Positions 50,035 to 59,561 of a DNA stretch of 64,000 nt are shown here, one piece after another. The position numbers and the translations under genes were made by a program. The notes under the pieces are model-generated. The model was not told where the DNA came from. It saw only the letters and a program-made list of their open reading frames with translations, and made no database searches. Origin of the DNA: an uncultured Mycoplasmatota bacterium (GTDB lineage Bacteria > Bacillota_I > Bacilli_A > RF39 > UBA660); NCBI GenBank assembly GCA_900549625.1, contig URPE01000001.1, positions 39,842 through 103,841 of the forward strand. Reading direction: 5' to 3'. Positions within the stretch are counted from its first letter, which is position 1. Every line of letters begins with the position of its first letter.

Positions 50035-51106
50035 GTTTATTACGTATTTCAAAGGCATATGTATTAGCGTTAGTTAACATATCGTATATCAAGGACGCTA
50101 GTAACTCGGTTTTATAAATAGTTGAGTTATAATCTACTTTAGTTGGTAATAAAAAATTATCTTTATTCTCTCTTAAGAACGAAGCCCCATTCTTATTAAA
50201 GCCTAATATATGAATATATGTTAATTCTACTTGGCCTTTTTTAACTTCTAAGAGTAGGTGTATTAACATTCTTCGTAAACGGTTATAAGTATATCGTTTG
50301 CTTTTTAAGTTTTCGATTAATTCGTTGTAACTATGAGAACACTTAATTACTTTTTTTAATTTGTGGTCTAACCCTTCCGTAATACCTTTATACTCATTTA
50401 AATTATCACTTGTTAATATTTTATAGTAAAGGAGTTGAAATAAGAGAGTGTCATTAACTTCTAATATACTTTCTAAAGAAGGGGCTGGCAAGTATTTTTC
50501 TAACGGTTTATTAAGTCTCTTTTTTTCTAAGATATTAGAAGCACTTATAATTTTTTCTGTGCTATTTATGTCGTGGTAAGAACTTGTTCTTTTAATAAGA
50601 ACAGGAGTTATTGGATAGTTATATTTTAATATATTTTTAATATAACTTATACCTAGTAAGTCATTAGGTAAAACTTTTTCGATACCAAGTGATTCGGCAA
50701 GTCTCTTAGGATAAGAATCCTTACTAGTATTGTCAAGGATATAATCGTTATTTAATTCTTTTTTAGCAATGGTTGTAAGTCTTTCTAAATCTGTATTTTC
50801 ACTACCAAAAATAAGTTTGTTAACACCAAGGGCATTTAATAATTTTAAGGCTGCATATGCAAAAAAGTCCCCAGATTGTGTTCCAAAGTATATGGGTAGC
50901 TCAATAACTAAATCAACGCCATAAGAAAGAGCAAGTTTTGTTTTATCTTCCTTAGTTAGGGAACTAACAAGACCTCGCTGTGTAAAAAGGCCATTAATAG
51001 CAAGAATGATTAGGGAGTCTGGATATGATTCCTTACATTTATTTATATGATAAATATGTCCGTTGTGAAAAGGATTGTATTCACAAATAATACCAACTAT
51101 ATTCAT
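50015..51106 (-). CDS. tmcAL: tRNA(Met) cytidine acetate ligase TmcAL (YlbM/UPF0348 nucleotidyltransferase)
   Basis: MNIVGIICEYNPFHNGHIYHI N-terminus (HxGH-type). 363 aa. Next to yceD-rpmF, as ylbM-ylbN-rpmF in Bacillus. Confidence 0.8.
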   Translation of the reverse strand: MNIVGIICEYNPFHNGHIYHINKCKESYPDSLIILAINGLFTQRGLVSSLTKEDKTKLALSYGVDLVIELPIYFGTQSGDFFAYAALKLLNALGVNKLIFGSENTDLERLTTIAKKELNNDYILDNTSKDSYPKRLAESLGIEKVLPNDLLGISYIKNILKYNYPITPVLIKRTSSYHDINSTEKIISASNILEKKRLNKPLEKYLPAPSLESILEVNDTLLFQLLYYKILTSDNLNEYKGITEGLDHKLKKVIKCSHSYNELIENLKSKRYTYNRLRRMLIHLLLEVKKGQVELTYIHILGFNKNGASFLRENKDNFLLPTKVDYNSTIYKTELLASLIYDMLTNANTYAFEIRNKPIYKQD

Positions 51107-51197
51107 AGGTCACCTCATGCGTTTAGTTTAGCATAAAACTTAAAAATAGACTAGCCAAAATATTAAAAATAATGTACAATAATGCTAGGTGGTTTTG

Positions 51198-51686
51198 ATG
51201 AATATAGATTTAACCAAAGTTGTTATTCGAAAGTGTTCCTACAAAGGAAAAGTAGAAATTCCTGTGGATTGGTTTAAAACAACGCCAATAATAGAGGCTG
51301 ATAAATTAGACTTAGAATTTACTATTGACTTAGATGCCAATCAAGACTTTGTTTTAGATTTACACTCTAATGGTAATCTTTACTTAGAAGATGCCCGGAG
51401 TTTAAATAAAGTTAAATATCCTATTTCAATTAGTCTGCAAGAAAAAATTAATGAAGAAAGTGAACTATTAGGAAAATTTTTAAGAAATTCACAAAATACA
51501 CTTGATATTCTAGCCGTTTTATGGGAGAATATTGTACTGGAAATCCCAATTAGTTATACCGTTTGTGACGAACTAGAATTGCCTAGTGAGCGTGTTGGTT
51601 GGGATATGGCTCATGAAGAGAGTAAAGAACAAATCGATCCAAGGATGGCACCTTTACTTGATTTGCTAAAAAAAGAAAAGGAGTGA
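51198..51686 (+). CDS. YceD/YlbN (DUF177) family protein
   Basis: Acidic ~160-aa protein ending DPRMAPLLDLLKKEKE, directly upstream of rpmF. Confidence 0.75.
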   Translation: MNIDLTKVVIRKCSYKGKVEIPVDWFKTTPIIEADKLDLEFTIDLDANQDFVLDLHSNGNLYLEDARSLNKVKYPISISLQEKINEESELLGKFLRNSQNTLDILAVLWENIVLEIPISYTVCDELELPSERVGWDMAHEESKEQIDPRMAPLLDLLKKEKE

Positions 51687-51690
51687 GATT

Positions 51691-51903
51691 ATGAGACTTA
51701 ATCTTCAATTATTTGCTGTTCCATTTAGAAGAACAAGTAAAACAAAAAAAAGAATGCGTCGTACACATTTAAAAAAAGAAGTAGGGGCTATTAGTGTTTG
51801 TCCTAAATGTGGTGAAGCCCTAAGACCTCATCGTGCATGTGCAAAATGTGGTTTCTATAAAAACGAAGATGTCCTTCACTTAAAAAAAGAAGAAGAAAAT
51901 TAG
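51691..51903 (+). CDS. rpmF: 50S ribosomal protein L32 with an 8-residue N-terminal extension
   Basis: MRLNLQLF-AVPFRRTSKTKKRMRRTH..CPKCGE..CAKCG. The canonical L32 sequence begins at AVP. SD GGAG precedes ATG 51691. Confidence 0.9.
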   Translation: MRLNLQLFAVPFRRTSKTKKRMRRTHLKKEVGAISVCPKCGEALRPHRACAKCGFYKNEDVLHLKKEEEN

Positions 51904-51952
51904 TAGAAAATATTGAAATTATAAAGCAAATGTATTATAATTTCTTTGTAAC

Positions 51953-52029
51953 GTCCTGGTAGCTCAGCTGGATAGAGCAATCGCCTTCTAAGCGATCGGT
52001 CGTGAGTTCGAATCTCGCCCAGGACACCA
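51953..52029 (+). tRNA. tRNA-Arg (anticodon UCU)
   Basis: Acceptor GTCCTGG/CCAGGAC, D arm GCTC-AGCTGGATA-GAGC, anticodon stem ATCGC/GCGAT with loop CTTCTAA, T arm GTGAG-TTCGAAT-CTCGC, encoded CCA. Confidence 0.9.
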
Positions 52030-52040
52030 CTTATGTATTA

Positions 52041-52067
52041 AAATCCCTTTATTTAAGGGATTTTTTT
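52041..52067. terminator. bidirectional Rho-independent terminator
   Basis: AAATCCCTT-tattt-AAGGGATTT followed by T7. Lies between tRNA-Arg and the convergent minus-strand gene. Confidence 0.7.
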
Positions 52068-52107
52068 ATATTACTTTTTCAATTGCATTAAAATTTAGTA
52101 ATATTTA

Positions 52108-53025
52108 TTATGTTTCCTTTATAACAACATTACTAACATCTAAAGAATCTTTAATACTCATCACAATTGCATAGTTTACTTGTTCTTTTAAATCATCACT
52201 TGTTAATCCTTCATATAATTCATCATTAAAGTTAAGTGTCAAAGTATCGCCATCTAACTTAGAATCTGATATAGTAGTTGATGCATTTAAATAGCTCATT
52301 AGATTAGTGTTTATTTGGGGTCTTGATTTTAATCTTTCAATTACTATTTCTAACTTATCTTTATTAGTATTATTTAAAAGCGTAACAGGTACATAATAGT
52401 TAAATCCATCTTCATTTGCCATGTAGTAAACTGTAGTTTTTATAGTGTTTTTAAAGTCAGTTAAATTAGAAATTTCATTAATACCTAGTTTTCTCGTTAA
52501 AACATTTGGTAACTTATTACTAGTATTTGGATAACTTTTTAATAAATCACCCTCAACATAAATTAAGACACCATCTACATTATCTAGCTCTGTTAAAGTA
52601 TACACTATAGAACTTATTAAATTCTTACTATTAGAATTAGGAATATTTAAAAACTCTTTACTAAAATTTACTTTCAATATTTCATTTTCAAGACTTATAC
52701 CAATAATCTTTGTCTCTTTAGGAATAATAGGCTTAAAAATTGCTGGTAAATACTCACTTTCTAAAGAACCAATAGTTAACATGTTTAAAAGTTCTTGTAT
52801 TTTTTTTTCATCATCGGTTTCTTTAGTAGTGGTAGTCATCCTAACTACTAAATCATCTTTATTTAATACATAAATAGCTCTAGGTGGTGCATTTGTATAA
52901 GAAATAGATATATCCTTAATTTTTTCTTCTGTTTTAGGAAATGAGATAGTAATAATAAAAACTAATAATGAAAATGTAGTAATAATTAACTTTCTCTTAG
53001 CACAGTTTTTTAACACACAAATCAC
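52108..53025 (-). CDS. GerM-domain (GerMN) membrane-anchored protein
   Basis: N-terminal TM, then two segments of GerMN type (..IPKETKIIGISLENEILKVNFSKEFLN.. and ..ISDSKLDGDTLTLNFNDELYEG..). Confidence 0.5.
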   Translation of the reverse strand: MICVLKNCAKRKLIITTFSLLVFIITISFPKTEEKIKDISISYTNAPPRAIYVLNKDDLVVRMTTTTKETDDEKKIQELLNMLTIGSLESEYLPAIFKPIIPKETKIIGISLENEILKVNFSKEFLNIPNSNSKNLISSIVYTLTELDNVDGVLIYVEGDLLKSYPNTSNKLPNVLTRKLGINEISNLTDFKNTIKTTVYYMANEDGFNYYVPVTLLNNTNKDKLEIVIERLKSRPQINTNLMSYLNASTTISDSKLDGDTLTLNFNDELYEGLTSDDLKEQVNYAIVMSIKDSLDVSNVVIKET

Positions 53026-53071
53026 CTAATAAAATATATGAAGAAAAAAAGAAAGTATGCTCTATCTTTCT

Positions 53072-53278
53072 TTAAAGTTTTATTTCACCTAATCTAATTA
53101 ATTCAATTACGGCTGAAGCTCTACCACTAACACCAAGTTTTTGCATAGCATTAGAAATATGATTTCTAACTGTTTTTTCACTAATACCTAAAGTTTTAGC
53201 AATTTTCTTAGTTGAATAGTTTCTTATTAAATAATCAAATATTTCCTTTTCCCGTGGTGTCAAGATTTTGGTTTTCAT
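53072..53278 (-). CDS. GerE/LuxR-type HTH transcriptional regulator (stand-alone DNA-binding domain)
   Basis: 68 aa. LTPREKEIFDYLIRNYSTKKIAKTLGISEKTVRNHISNAMQKLGV. Confidence 0.8.
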   Translation of the reverse strand: MKTKILTPREKEIFDYLIRNYSTKKIAKTLGISEKTVRNHISNAMQKLGVSGRASAVIELIRLGEIKL

Positions 53279-53330
53279 TTGTACCTCCTTAGTTACTATA
53301 GTATTTTATGAAAAAGGAAATGTTTTGTTC

Positions 53331-53834
53331 TTAACTATTTATAAATTTTACTGTTACATAAACTTCTTTTTTAGAATTTTCATTTACGAGTCTTATAACA
53401 TTGTTAGCTAGAGAATTTGTTTGCTCCTTAGAAACTAGAGTAACACTCACTGTATCATCTTTAACTTTTACAAAACTATCTAACTTTAATGTTTCTTTAA
53501 TATTTTTTTCTAACTTTTCTTCTAGTGATCTTGCTTCGCTTATTGATAATAGGCTATTGTAAGCATTATTTTTTTCATCACTTGTTTTTTTAATATCTAA
53601 AAGAATTGATTGATAGTTTTCGGTTTCTTTTAAAACACTTTCATCATCTTCTACTCTTAATGATACAAGAATAGAACTTTCTTTTATTTCACTATTAACA
53701 GCAGTCGACTCAGTTGAACTATTGCTTTCAATAATTCCTTTTAAACTATTATCACTCATTGTAACATAGTAAATTGACAAAACTAAAATCAAACTAAATA
53801 AAGTAACAAACCATACACTCTGTTTATTTATCAT
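53331..53834 (-). CDS. SpoIIIAH-like membrane-anchored protein
   Basis: MINKQSVWFVTLFSLILVLSIYYV resembles the characteristic SpoIIIAH N-terminus (M.KKQTVWLLTMLSL..LSVYY). About 167 aa. Confidence 0.5.
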   Translation of the reverse strand: MINKQSVWFVTLFSLILVLSIYYVTMSDNSLKGIIESNSSTESTAVNSEIKESSILVSLRVEDDESVLKETENYQSILLDIKKTSDEKNNAYNSLLSISEARSLEEKLEKNIKETLKLDSFVKVKDDTVSVTLVSKEQTNSLANNVIRLVNENSKKEVYVTVKFINS

Positions 53835-53935
53835 ACATGCCTCCATCTCTAAAACATTGTATGTCAGATATTTTAAAAAATACATAAAACAAACATTATA
53901 TGTTATAATATAGGTTAGTTGAAAGTGGTGAGACT

Positions 53936-54697
53936 ATGTATGAATTAACATTCTTGTTTGTAAAATTTATCCTTTTTAGTATGGTAGGGTATATATTTGA
54001 AACAACTATGTGTGCAATTATTGATAGAAAATGGACTAACAGAGGTTTCTTATGCGGCCCAATTATTCCCATATATGGCGTTGGTAGTATCATTCTCGTC
54101 TTTCTTTTAAATGATTTTAAAGATAATATCTTTCTTTTGTTTTTGTTTGGTATAGTAATAACTTCTACAATTGAATATTTAACAGGCTTTACCTTAGAGA
54201 AAATATTTCACAATAAATGGTGGGATTATAGTGGTGAAAAATATAATTTAAATGGCTATGTATGTTTAAAAAATTCATTATGCTTTGGATTAGGTACACC
54301 TATAGTTGTATGTGTTTTAAATCCTTTATTTAACACGTTCTTGCTTGATATAAAAGATCCTGTTTTATATGGCATAGGTTTTATATTACTAATTATTTTT
54401 ATTTTTGATGTTAGTTATTCTGTTGTTGTAGCCTATAATCTTCGTAATCGCCTTATAATTGTTGAAAAACTAAAGAATGATAAGTTAATGAAAATACCTG
54501 GTGTTTTAGAAAAATCTATTAAAAAACGTTTAGGTAAAATTCATAAGTATCCAAAAAGACTTTTAAATTCATTTCCTAATCTTTTAAAAAGTAATGAAAA
54601 AGAATTTGCTCTCATGAAAAAAATTTCCCTAACAGAAAAGAATAGACGAAAAGAAGCCAAACAAAAGAAAAAAAATAATAGCAAGAAAACAAAATAG
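53936..54697 (+). CDS. multi-pass membrane protein of the 'putative ABC-transporter type IV' (PF06541-like) family with a K-rich tail
   Basis: FSMVGYIFETT...GFLCGPIIPIYGVG and WWDYS motifs remembered for this family. Five or six TMs. Confidence 0.5.
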   Translation: MYELTFLFVKFILFSMVGYIFETTMCAIIDRKWTNRGFLCGPIIPIYGVGSIILVFLLNDFKDNIFLLFLFGIVITSTIEYLTGFTLEKIFHNKWWDYSGEKYNLNGYVCLKNSLCFGLGTPIVVCVLNPLFNTFLLDIKDPVLYGIGFILLIIFIFDVSYSVVVAYNLRNRLIIVEKLKNDKLMKIPGVLEKSIKKRLGKIHKYPKRLLNSFPNLLKSNEKEFALMKKISLTEKNRRKEAKQKKKNNSKKTK

Positions 54698-54820
54698 ATT
54701 TTTACCAAATCTTTTTTTTATGCCATAAAATGTAAACTAGATGTCAAAAATTAAGAAAAGTTTTATAAATTTTACCGAAAAAAAAGAAAATCAAGAGTTT
54801 TGCTTGAATAGTAATAGTAG

Positions 54821-56878
54821 GTGATGATAATGACTAAAATAATTTTACAACGAGATTACAAAGACTGTGGGGTGGCATGTCTACTTTATTTAATAACATA
54901 TTATCATGGTTATGTGCCATACAACAAATTAAAAGAAGAAACAAAAACTAGTGACTATGGCGTTACAGCTTATGACTTAGTAAAAACTTTAAAAAAATAT
55001 CATTTTGATGCCGTTGGTAAAAGAGTAGAGTATAGTTATTTACAAAATCTAACTATTCCTGTTATTGTCCATTTACATTTACTTAATGGTCTAGAACACT
55101 TTGCTATTTTAGAAAAAATCAAAAAAGATAAAGTTTATTTGATGGATCCAGCTCTTGGTAAACGAGTAATTACTAAAATAGAATTTTTAAAAATTTTTAA
55201 TAACGTTATAATTGAGTGTTATCCTATTAGTCCTATTCCTAAACTTCCTAAAGAAAAAAATCCTTCTAAGCCTTTTTTAAATATTTTATTTAAATATCGT
55301 AAAATAATAGCTATAATTCTAATAACAGAACTTCTCTTAACACTCACAACAGTTTTTACAAGTTTATATAAACGCCTTGGTTTTGAATATCAAAAGTATC
55401 CTTTTCTTTCTTTAAGTTTAATTGTTTTATTATCTTACTTTATAAAGTCTATTTTAGATATAGGCAATAATCACTTAAAATTAAAAGTAAAAGAGCAAGT
55501 TCATATTAGTTACCTAAATAAGTTTTTATGTCATTTACTAAGAATCCCTTTAAGAATATTCACATCATACAAAGATGGTGAGATATTAAATCGTGTTTTA
55601 GAAGCCGAAAAAATAAAAGATTTATTTTTAGACTTGTTGTTCGCAGGGTTTATTCAAGTTATATTTTTAGTCTTTGCTATCATTATTATTTTAAATATTA
55701 ATATGCAATGTTTTATTTTTATTGGTCTTGGTGTATTAATATATTTACTATTAAGTGTAGTACTGTCCAAAAAATATTATAAAAATATGTTAGAACATTT
55801 TGAAATCGATAGTAATTGGCAATCAAGTATTTTAGAAACTATTCATTTATTGCCCTCTATTAAGCACTTTAATTTAGAAGAAAAAGAGAGTAATGATATT
55901 TATAATATTTTAAAAAATACTGTAAAATCTAAGACTAAAATAAATAAAAAACTAGTATTATATGGTCTTATTCTAAGTCATTATTTTGACTATTTATTAT
56001 TTCTATTGGATTTTGTTAGTTTGTGGTTTTACTTACAATCCCAGTTTACTTTATATGATTTTCTAACTTTTCAAAGTATCGCAGTTTTCTTCTTAATGCC
56101 TTTTAAAGAATTTGGTACTAGTTTACCTAAAATATTTTATTTAAAAAGTATCTTAGAAAAAATAAATGAGTTAACTTTATTAAAAGAAGAAAAAAGTTTA
56201 GAAGGTAAATCCCAAGCTATAACAAAAATTAAAGGTGAAAATATAACGTTTAGTTATTATAACCAAGTTGTTTTAAAAAACTTATCATTTGCTTATAATT
56301 TAGGGTTTATTTATGTTTATGGTGCCAGTGGGTCAGGTAAAAGTACATTTTGTAAAATACTATGTCAAGAAATAACAGACTATGAAGGTAAACTTTATTT
56401 GAATGATGTAGATTATAACAAGCTAAAACTAAATGATATTAGAAAGAATATTGCTTATTTAAGTCAAGATGAACAATTGTATTCTAAAACCATTATAGCA
56501 AATATTTTGTTAGATAGTCCTTTAGATACTGTAAGATTAAATAAGGTATGTAATATTTGCCGGGTAAATGAGATTACTGATAAACTAGTATTTGGTCTTA
56601 ATACAGTAGTAAATAATAGTGCTTTTTCTGGTGGTGAAAAAAATCGCATATTACTTGCTAGAACTATTTATCAAGAACGCAGTATGTATTTACTAGATGA
56701 ACCATTAAGTGCCGTTAGTACAAAAATGGAAAAAGATATAATAAAGGATTTAAAAATCTTTTTACAAAATAAAATGGTATTTTATATAAGTCACCGTAAT
56801 TTAAAGGATATGATTGATAATACTTTGATAATTGACAATCCCTTGAAAGGAGGTGATGAACATGATTATGAATGCTAA
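54821..56878 (+). CDS. bacteriocin-processing ABC exporter with N-terminal C39 peptidase domain
   Basis: QRDYKDCGVACLLYL (catalytic Cys), HFAIL (His), six-TM domain, Walker A GASGSGKST, signature FSGGEKNR, Walker B YLLDEP. Start is one of GTG 54821 / ATG 54824 / ATG 54830. Confidence 0.85.
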   Translation: MMIMTKIILQRDYKDCGVACLLYLITYYHGYVPYNKLKEETKTSDYGVTAYDLVKTLKKYHFDAVGKRVEYSYLQNLTIPVIVHLHLLNGLEHFAILEKIKKDKVYLMDPALGKRVITKIEFLKIFNNVIIECYPISPIPKLPKEKNPSKPFLNILFKYRKIIAIILITELLLTLTTVFTSLYKRLGFEYQKYPFLSLSLIVLLSYFIKSILDIGNNHLKLKVKEQVHISYLNKFLCHLLRIPLRIFTSYKDGEILNRVLEAEKIKDLFLDLLFAGFIQVIFLVFAIIIILNINMQCFIFIGLGVLIYLLLSVVLSKKYYKNMLEHFEIDSNWQSSILETIHLLPSIKHFNLEEKESNDIYNILKNTVKSKTKINKKLVLYGLILSHYFDYLLFLLDFVSLWFYLQSQFTLYDFLTFQSIAVFFLMPFKEFGTSLPKIFYLKSILEKINELTLLKEEKSLEGKSQAITKIKGENITFSYYNQVVLKNLSFAYNLGFIYVYGASGSGKSTFCKILCQEITDYEGKLYLNDVDYNKLKLNDIRKNIAYLSQDEQLYSKTIIANILLDSPLDTVRLNKVCNICRVNEITDKLVFGLNTVVNNSAFSGGEKNRILLARTIYQERSMYLLDEPLSAVSTKMEKDIIKDLKIFLQNKMVFYISHRNLKDMIDNTLIIDNPLKGGDEHDYEC

Positions 56879-57005
56879 TGAACTTAAAAGTATCACTGGT
56901 GGTAGATCGGCATGGGTTATGCTAAGTGCCGTTGCTGGTGGCGTTTTAACGTTTTTATTTGGAATGCTAGATGGCATTTTTAGACCACTTGCTTGTAATA
57001 AGTAA
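56862..57005 (+). CDS. double-glycine leader peptide, class II bacteriocin-like precursor A (unannotated)
   Basis: M(IM)NANELKSITGG | RSAWVMLSAVAGGVLTFLFGMLDGIFRPLACNK. SD GGAGG at 56849. Overlaps the ABC gene stop. Confidence 0.7.
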   Translation: MIMNANELKSITGGRSAWVMLSAVAGGVLTFLFGMLDGIFRPLACNK

Positions 57006-57020
57006 TAGAAAGGAGCAGTT

Positions 57021-57185
57021 ATGACTTTAGAAGCAAACGAATTAATGAATGTAAAAGGAGGGGCAGTTAACTTAACGGCGGCATTTCTAAGTGCTGTTGT
57101 ACGTGGATACACATTACTTTTTGAAATGGGCCAAGCCGTTGGTAGTGCTCTTCATCGTGCTTTTTCTGTACGTAATCGTTGTTAA
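57021..57185 (+). CDS. double-glycine leader peptide, class II bacteriocin-like precursor B (unannotated)
   Basis: MTLEANELMNVKGG | AVNLTAAFLSAVVRGYTLLFEMGQAVGSALHRAFSVRNRC. SD AAAGGAG 7 nt upstream. A terminator follows. Confidence 0.7.
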   Translation: MTLEANELMNVKGGAVNLTAAFLSAVVRGYTLLFEMGQAVGSALHRAFSVRNRC

Positions 57186-57193
57186 AATTATAA

Positions 57194-57212
57194 GGGCTAA
57201 AGCCCTTTTTTT
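57194..57212 (+). terminator. Rho-independent terminator after the peptide genes
   Basis: GGGCT-aa-AGCCC followed by T7. Confidence 0.65.
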
Positions 57213-57309
57213 GAAAGAAAAAAACATATGACCAAAGAAGAATCAAAGTTAGAGATTGCTAAGGTCTTAAAAATAACTCATAAAAAAAGTACCAGCCACA
57301 GGTACTTTT

Positions 57310-58302
57310 TTAATATTCAGTAAGATATAAATCGACATATTCATCATAAGTAATATTTTTATCATGCACTTTAGTAGCAATGTCTCTACCTAAGTATCTA
57401 ATATGCCATGGTTCTTCTTTATAACCAGTTATCTTGGAATTATCTTTTGGGTATCTTACAATGAAACCATATTTATAAGAATTATTAAGCATCCAATCAT
57501 AATCATTATCAGTTAAACTATACCAGTGGCTGCTACTTCTAATATCAATGGCAAGTCCAGTTTGATGTTCTGAGTGTCCTGGCCTTGCTGAATAAGTATC
57601 AACTACCTCTTGTGAGTCTTCTTTTAAATATTTTTCATACAAACCTTTTTGATAATCATAAGAACGATACGTACTATAAGGTATTAAATAAACATTATCA
57701 AGCTTGGCAGCTGCTAAAAGACTCTCAAAATCATCAATAGCTACTTGTCTTAAAAGAAGATTAGGAAATGATGGTATAGCTACTAAATCACTTGGTACAT
57801 AATCACTTTTAAGAGCATGACTTTTATTGACCAAAACTAAAATGCTACTAGGGTCTTTAATATCATTAACTGTTTTATAAAACTCTTCATCTAAATTAAG
57901 ATTTACTCTTGTAACAGCATCACTAGCACTTATATTTTCTTTTGCCATATAAGCCTTATAACGGTCTAATTTATCTAGTGATAAATTAGGTATACTCATA
58001 AATTCAGTTATATCTGTATAAGGCATAGTAAGTAAAATACTAATATTTCTTTCGCTTAAATTATCATATATATCATTTATAGTACTAGCAGAATACCCTT
58101 TTTCTAATAAACTATTTGCGTCACTCACAAAACTACTAGTAGCCCGTACATTAACACCTTGTTCTTCTAATATTTGTTCTTTTGTCTTACTTTCATTTTC
58201 TATTTTTTTTGGTATCTTTTTATACATAGTAAAACCTAATATCATTAAAATTAAAATTATTAAAAGTATAACTAATAAAACAATTTCCTTTTTCTTCTTC
58301 AT
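57310..58302 (-). CDS. D-alanyl-D-alanine carboxypeptidase, VanY/M15B family, membrane-anchored
   Basis: N-terminal TM. SARPGHSEHQTGLAIDI and EPWHIRYLG zinc-binding motifs. Confidence 0.85.
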   Translation of the reverse strand: MKKKKEIVLLVILLIILILMILGFTMYKKIPKKIENESKTKEQILEEQGVNVRATSSFVSDANSLLEKGYSASTINDIYDNLSERNISILLTMPYTDITEFMSIPNLSLDKLDRYKAYMAKENISASDAVTRVNLNLDEEFYKTVNDIKDPSSILVLVNKSHALKSDYVPSDLVAIPSFPNLLLRQVAIDDFESLLAAAKLDNVYLIPYSTYRSYDYQKGLYEKYLKEDSQEVVDTYSARPGHSEHQTGLAIDIRSSSHWYSLTDNDYDWMLNNSYKYGFIVRYPKDNSKITGYKEEPWHIRYLGRDIATKVHDKNITYDEYVDLYLTEY

Positions 58303-58403
58303 AATGTCACCTTCTTTATATAATTATATGATAAATAAAGATTTAAAAAAAGACTTAAATTAATAAAATACATAAAGTAGCATAATATTAACTAGGTGAT
58401 TTT

Positions 58404-59561
58404 GTGAAAAAAGTATGGTTAATAATATGTTTATTTCTTTTTATACCGGGAGTTTTTGCCGAAACAAAGGCTGATTTAGCCCCTAATAGTAAAAGTGCTA
58501 TTCTAATGGATTTTGATACTGGTAAAATTTTGTATAGTAAAAATGATAATGAAGTGTTACCACCTGCTAGCATGACAAAAATCATGAGTATGTTACTAAT
58601 TATGGAAAGAATAGATAATAAAACGCTTTCTTTAACTGATGAAGTAACTATTAGTGAAAATGCAGCTAGTATGGGTGGCAGCCAAGTTTTCTTACAAGCT
58701 GGTGAAACTTATAAAGTAGAAGAATTATTAAAAGGGATTGCTATCGCTTCTGGTAATGATGCAGTTGTTGCTATGGCTGAAAAAATATCAGGTTCTGTCG
58801 ATGATTTTGTTGCTTTAATGAATGAAAAAGCTAAAAGTTTAGGGCTTACTAATACCAAATTTTTAAATCCACATGGCCTTGATACAGAAGGACATGTTAC
58901 TACTGCCCGTGATATGGCTACTTTAGCAAGAGAACTTATAAAACATACTAGTATTTTAAAGTTTACAAGTATCTATGAAGACTATTTAAAAAAGAGTGAT
59001 GGATCCAGCATCTGGCTTGTAAATACAAATAAATTAGTAAGATTTTATGATGGGGTTGATGGCTTAAAAACAGGCTTTACTAAAAATGCTGGTTATTGTC
59101 TTACAAGTACAGCTAAGAAAAATAATACTAGGTTTATAACAGTAGTTATGGGGGCAGAAACAAGTGACAAACGTAGTAGTGATACAGTAAATATGTTAAA
59201 CTACGGCTTTAATACTTATGAAACAAAAATTCTTTTGAAATCCAGTGATTCTCTTGGTAAGAAAAGAGTAATGTTAAGTAATATTGAAGAGGTAGACTTA
59301 AATTTAAAAAATGACTATGTAAAACTTTTAAAAAAAGATGAACAAATGCCAAAGTATTCATATAGCATTGCCACTGACTCTTTAGTAGCGCCTATAAAAA
59401 AAGGGGATATAGTAGGTCATGTTTCTGTTATTGATGAGTCAGGTAATATTGTTGATGAGTTAGAAGTTACAGTAAACAAAGATATTAAAAAATCTAATAT
59501 AATTGAAAATTTCATTAAAAACTTAAAGCATCTAACAACTGGTAAATTAAAAATAACATAA
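58404..59561 (+). CDS. D-alanyl-D-alanine carboxypeptidase (PBP5/DacA type, S11)
   Basis: Signal peptide, SMTKIM (SxxK), SGND and KTG motifs. GTG start. Confidence 0.88.
   Translation: MKKVWLIICLFLFIPGVFAETKADLAPNSKSAILMDFDTGKILYSKNDNEVLPPASMTKIMSMLLIMERIDNKTLSLTDEVTISENAASMGGSQVFLQAGETYKVEELLKGIAIASGNDAVVAMAEKISGSVDDFVALMNEKAKSLGLTNTKFLNPHGLDTEGHVTTARDMATLARELIKHTSILKFTSIYEDYLKKSDGSSIWLVNTNKLVRFYDGVDGLKTGFTKNAGYCLTSTAKKNNTRFITVVMGAETSDKRSSDTVNMLNYGFNTYETKILLKSSDSLGKKRVMLSNIEEVDLNLKNDYVKLLKKDEQMPKYSYSIATDSLVAPIKKGDIVGHVSVIDESGNIVDELEVTVNKDIKKSNIIENFIKNLKHLTTGKLKIT

Noticed and set aside
57228-57323. 31-aa ORF (MTKEESKLEIAKVLKITHKK...) after the bacteriocin terminator, considered as an immunity gene
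   Set aside because: It is hydrophilic with no TM, has no SD, and its 3' end runs through the terminator hairpin of the convergent VanY gene.
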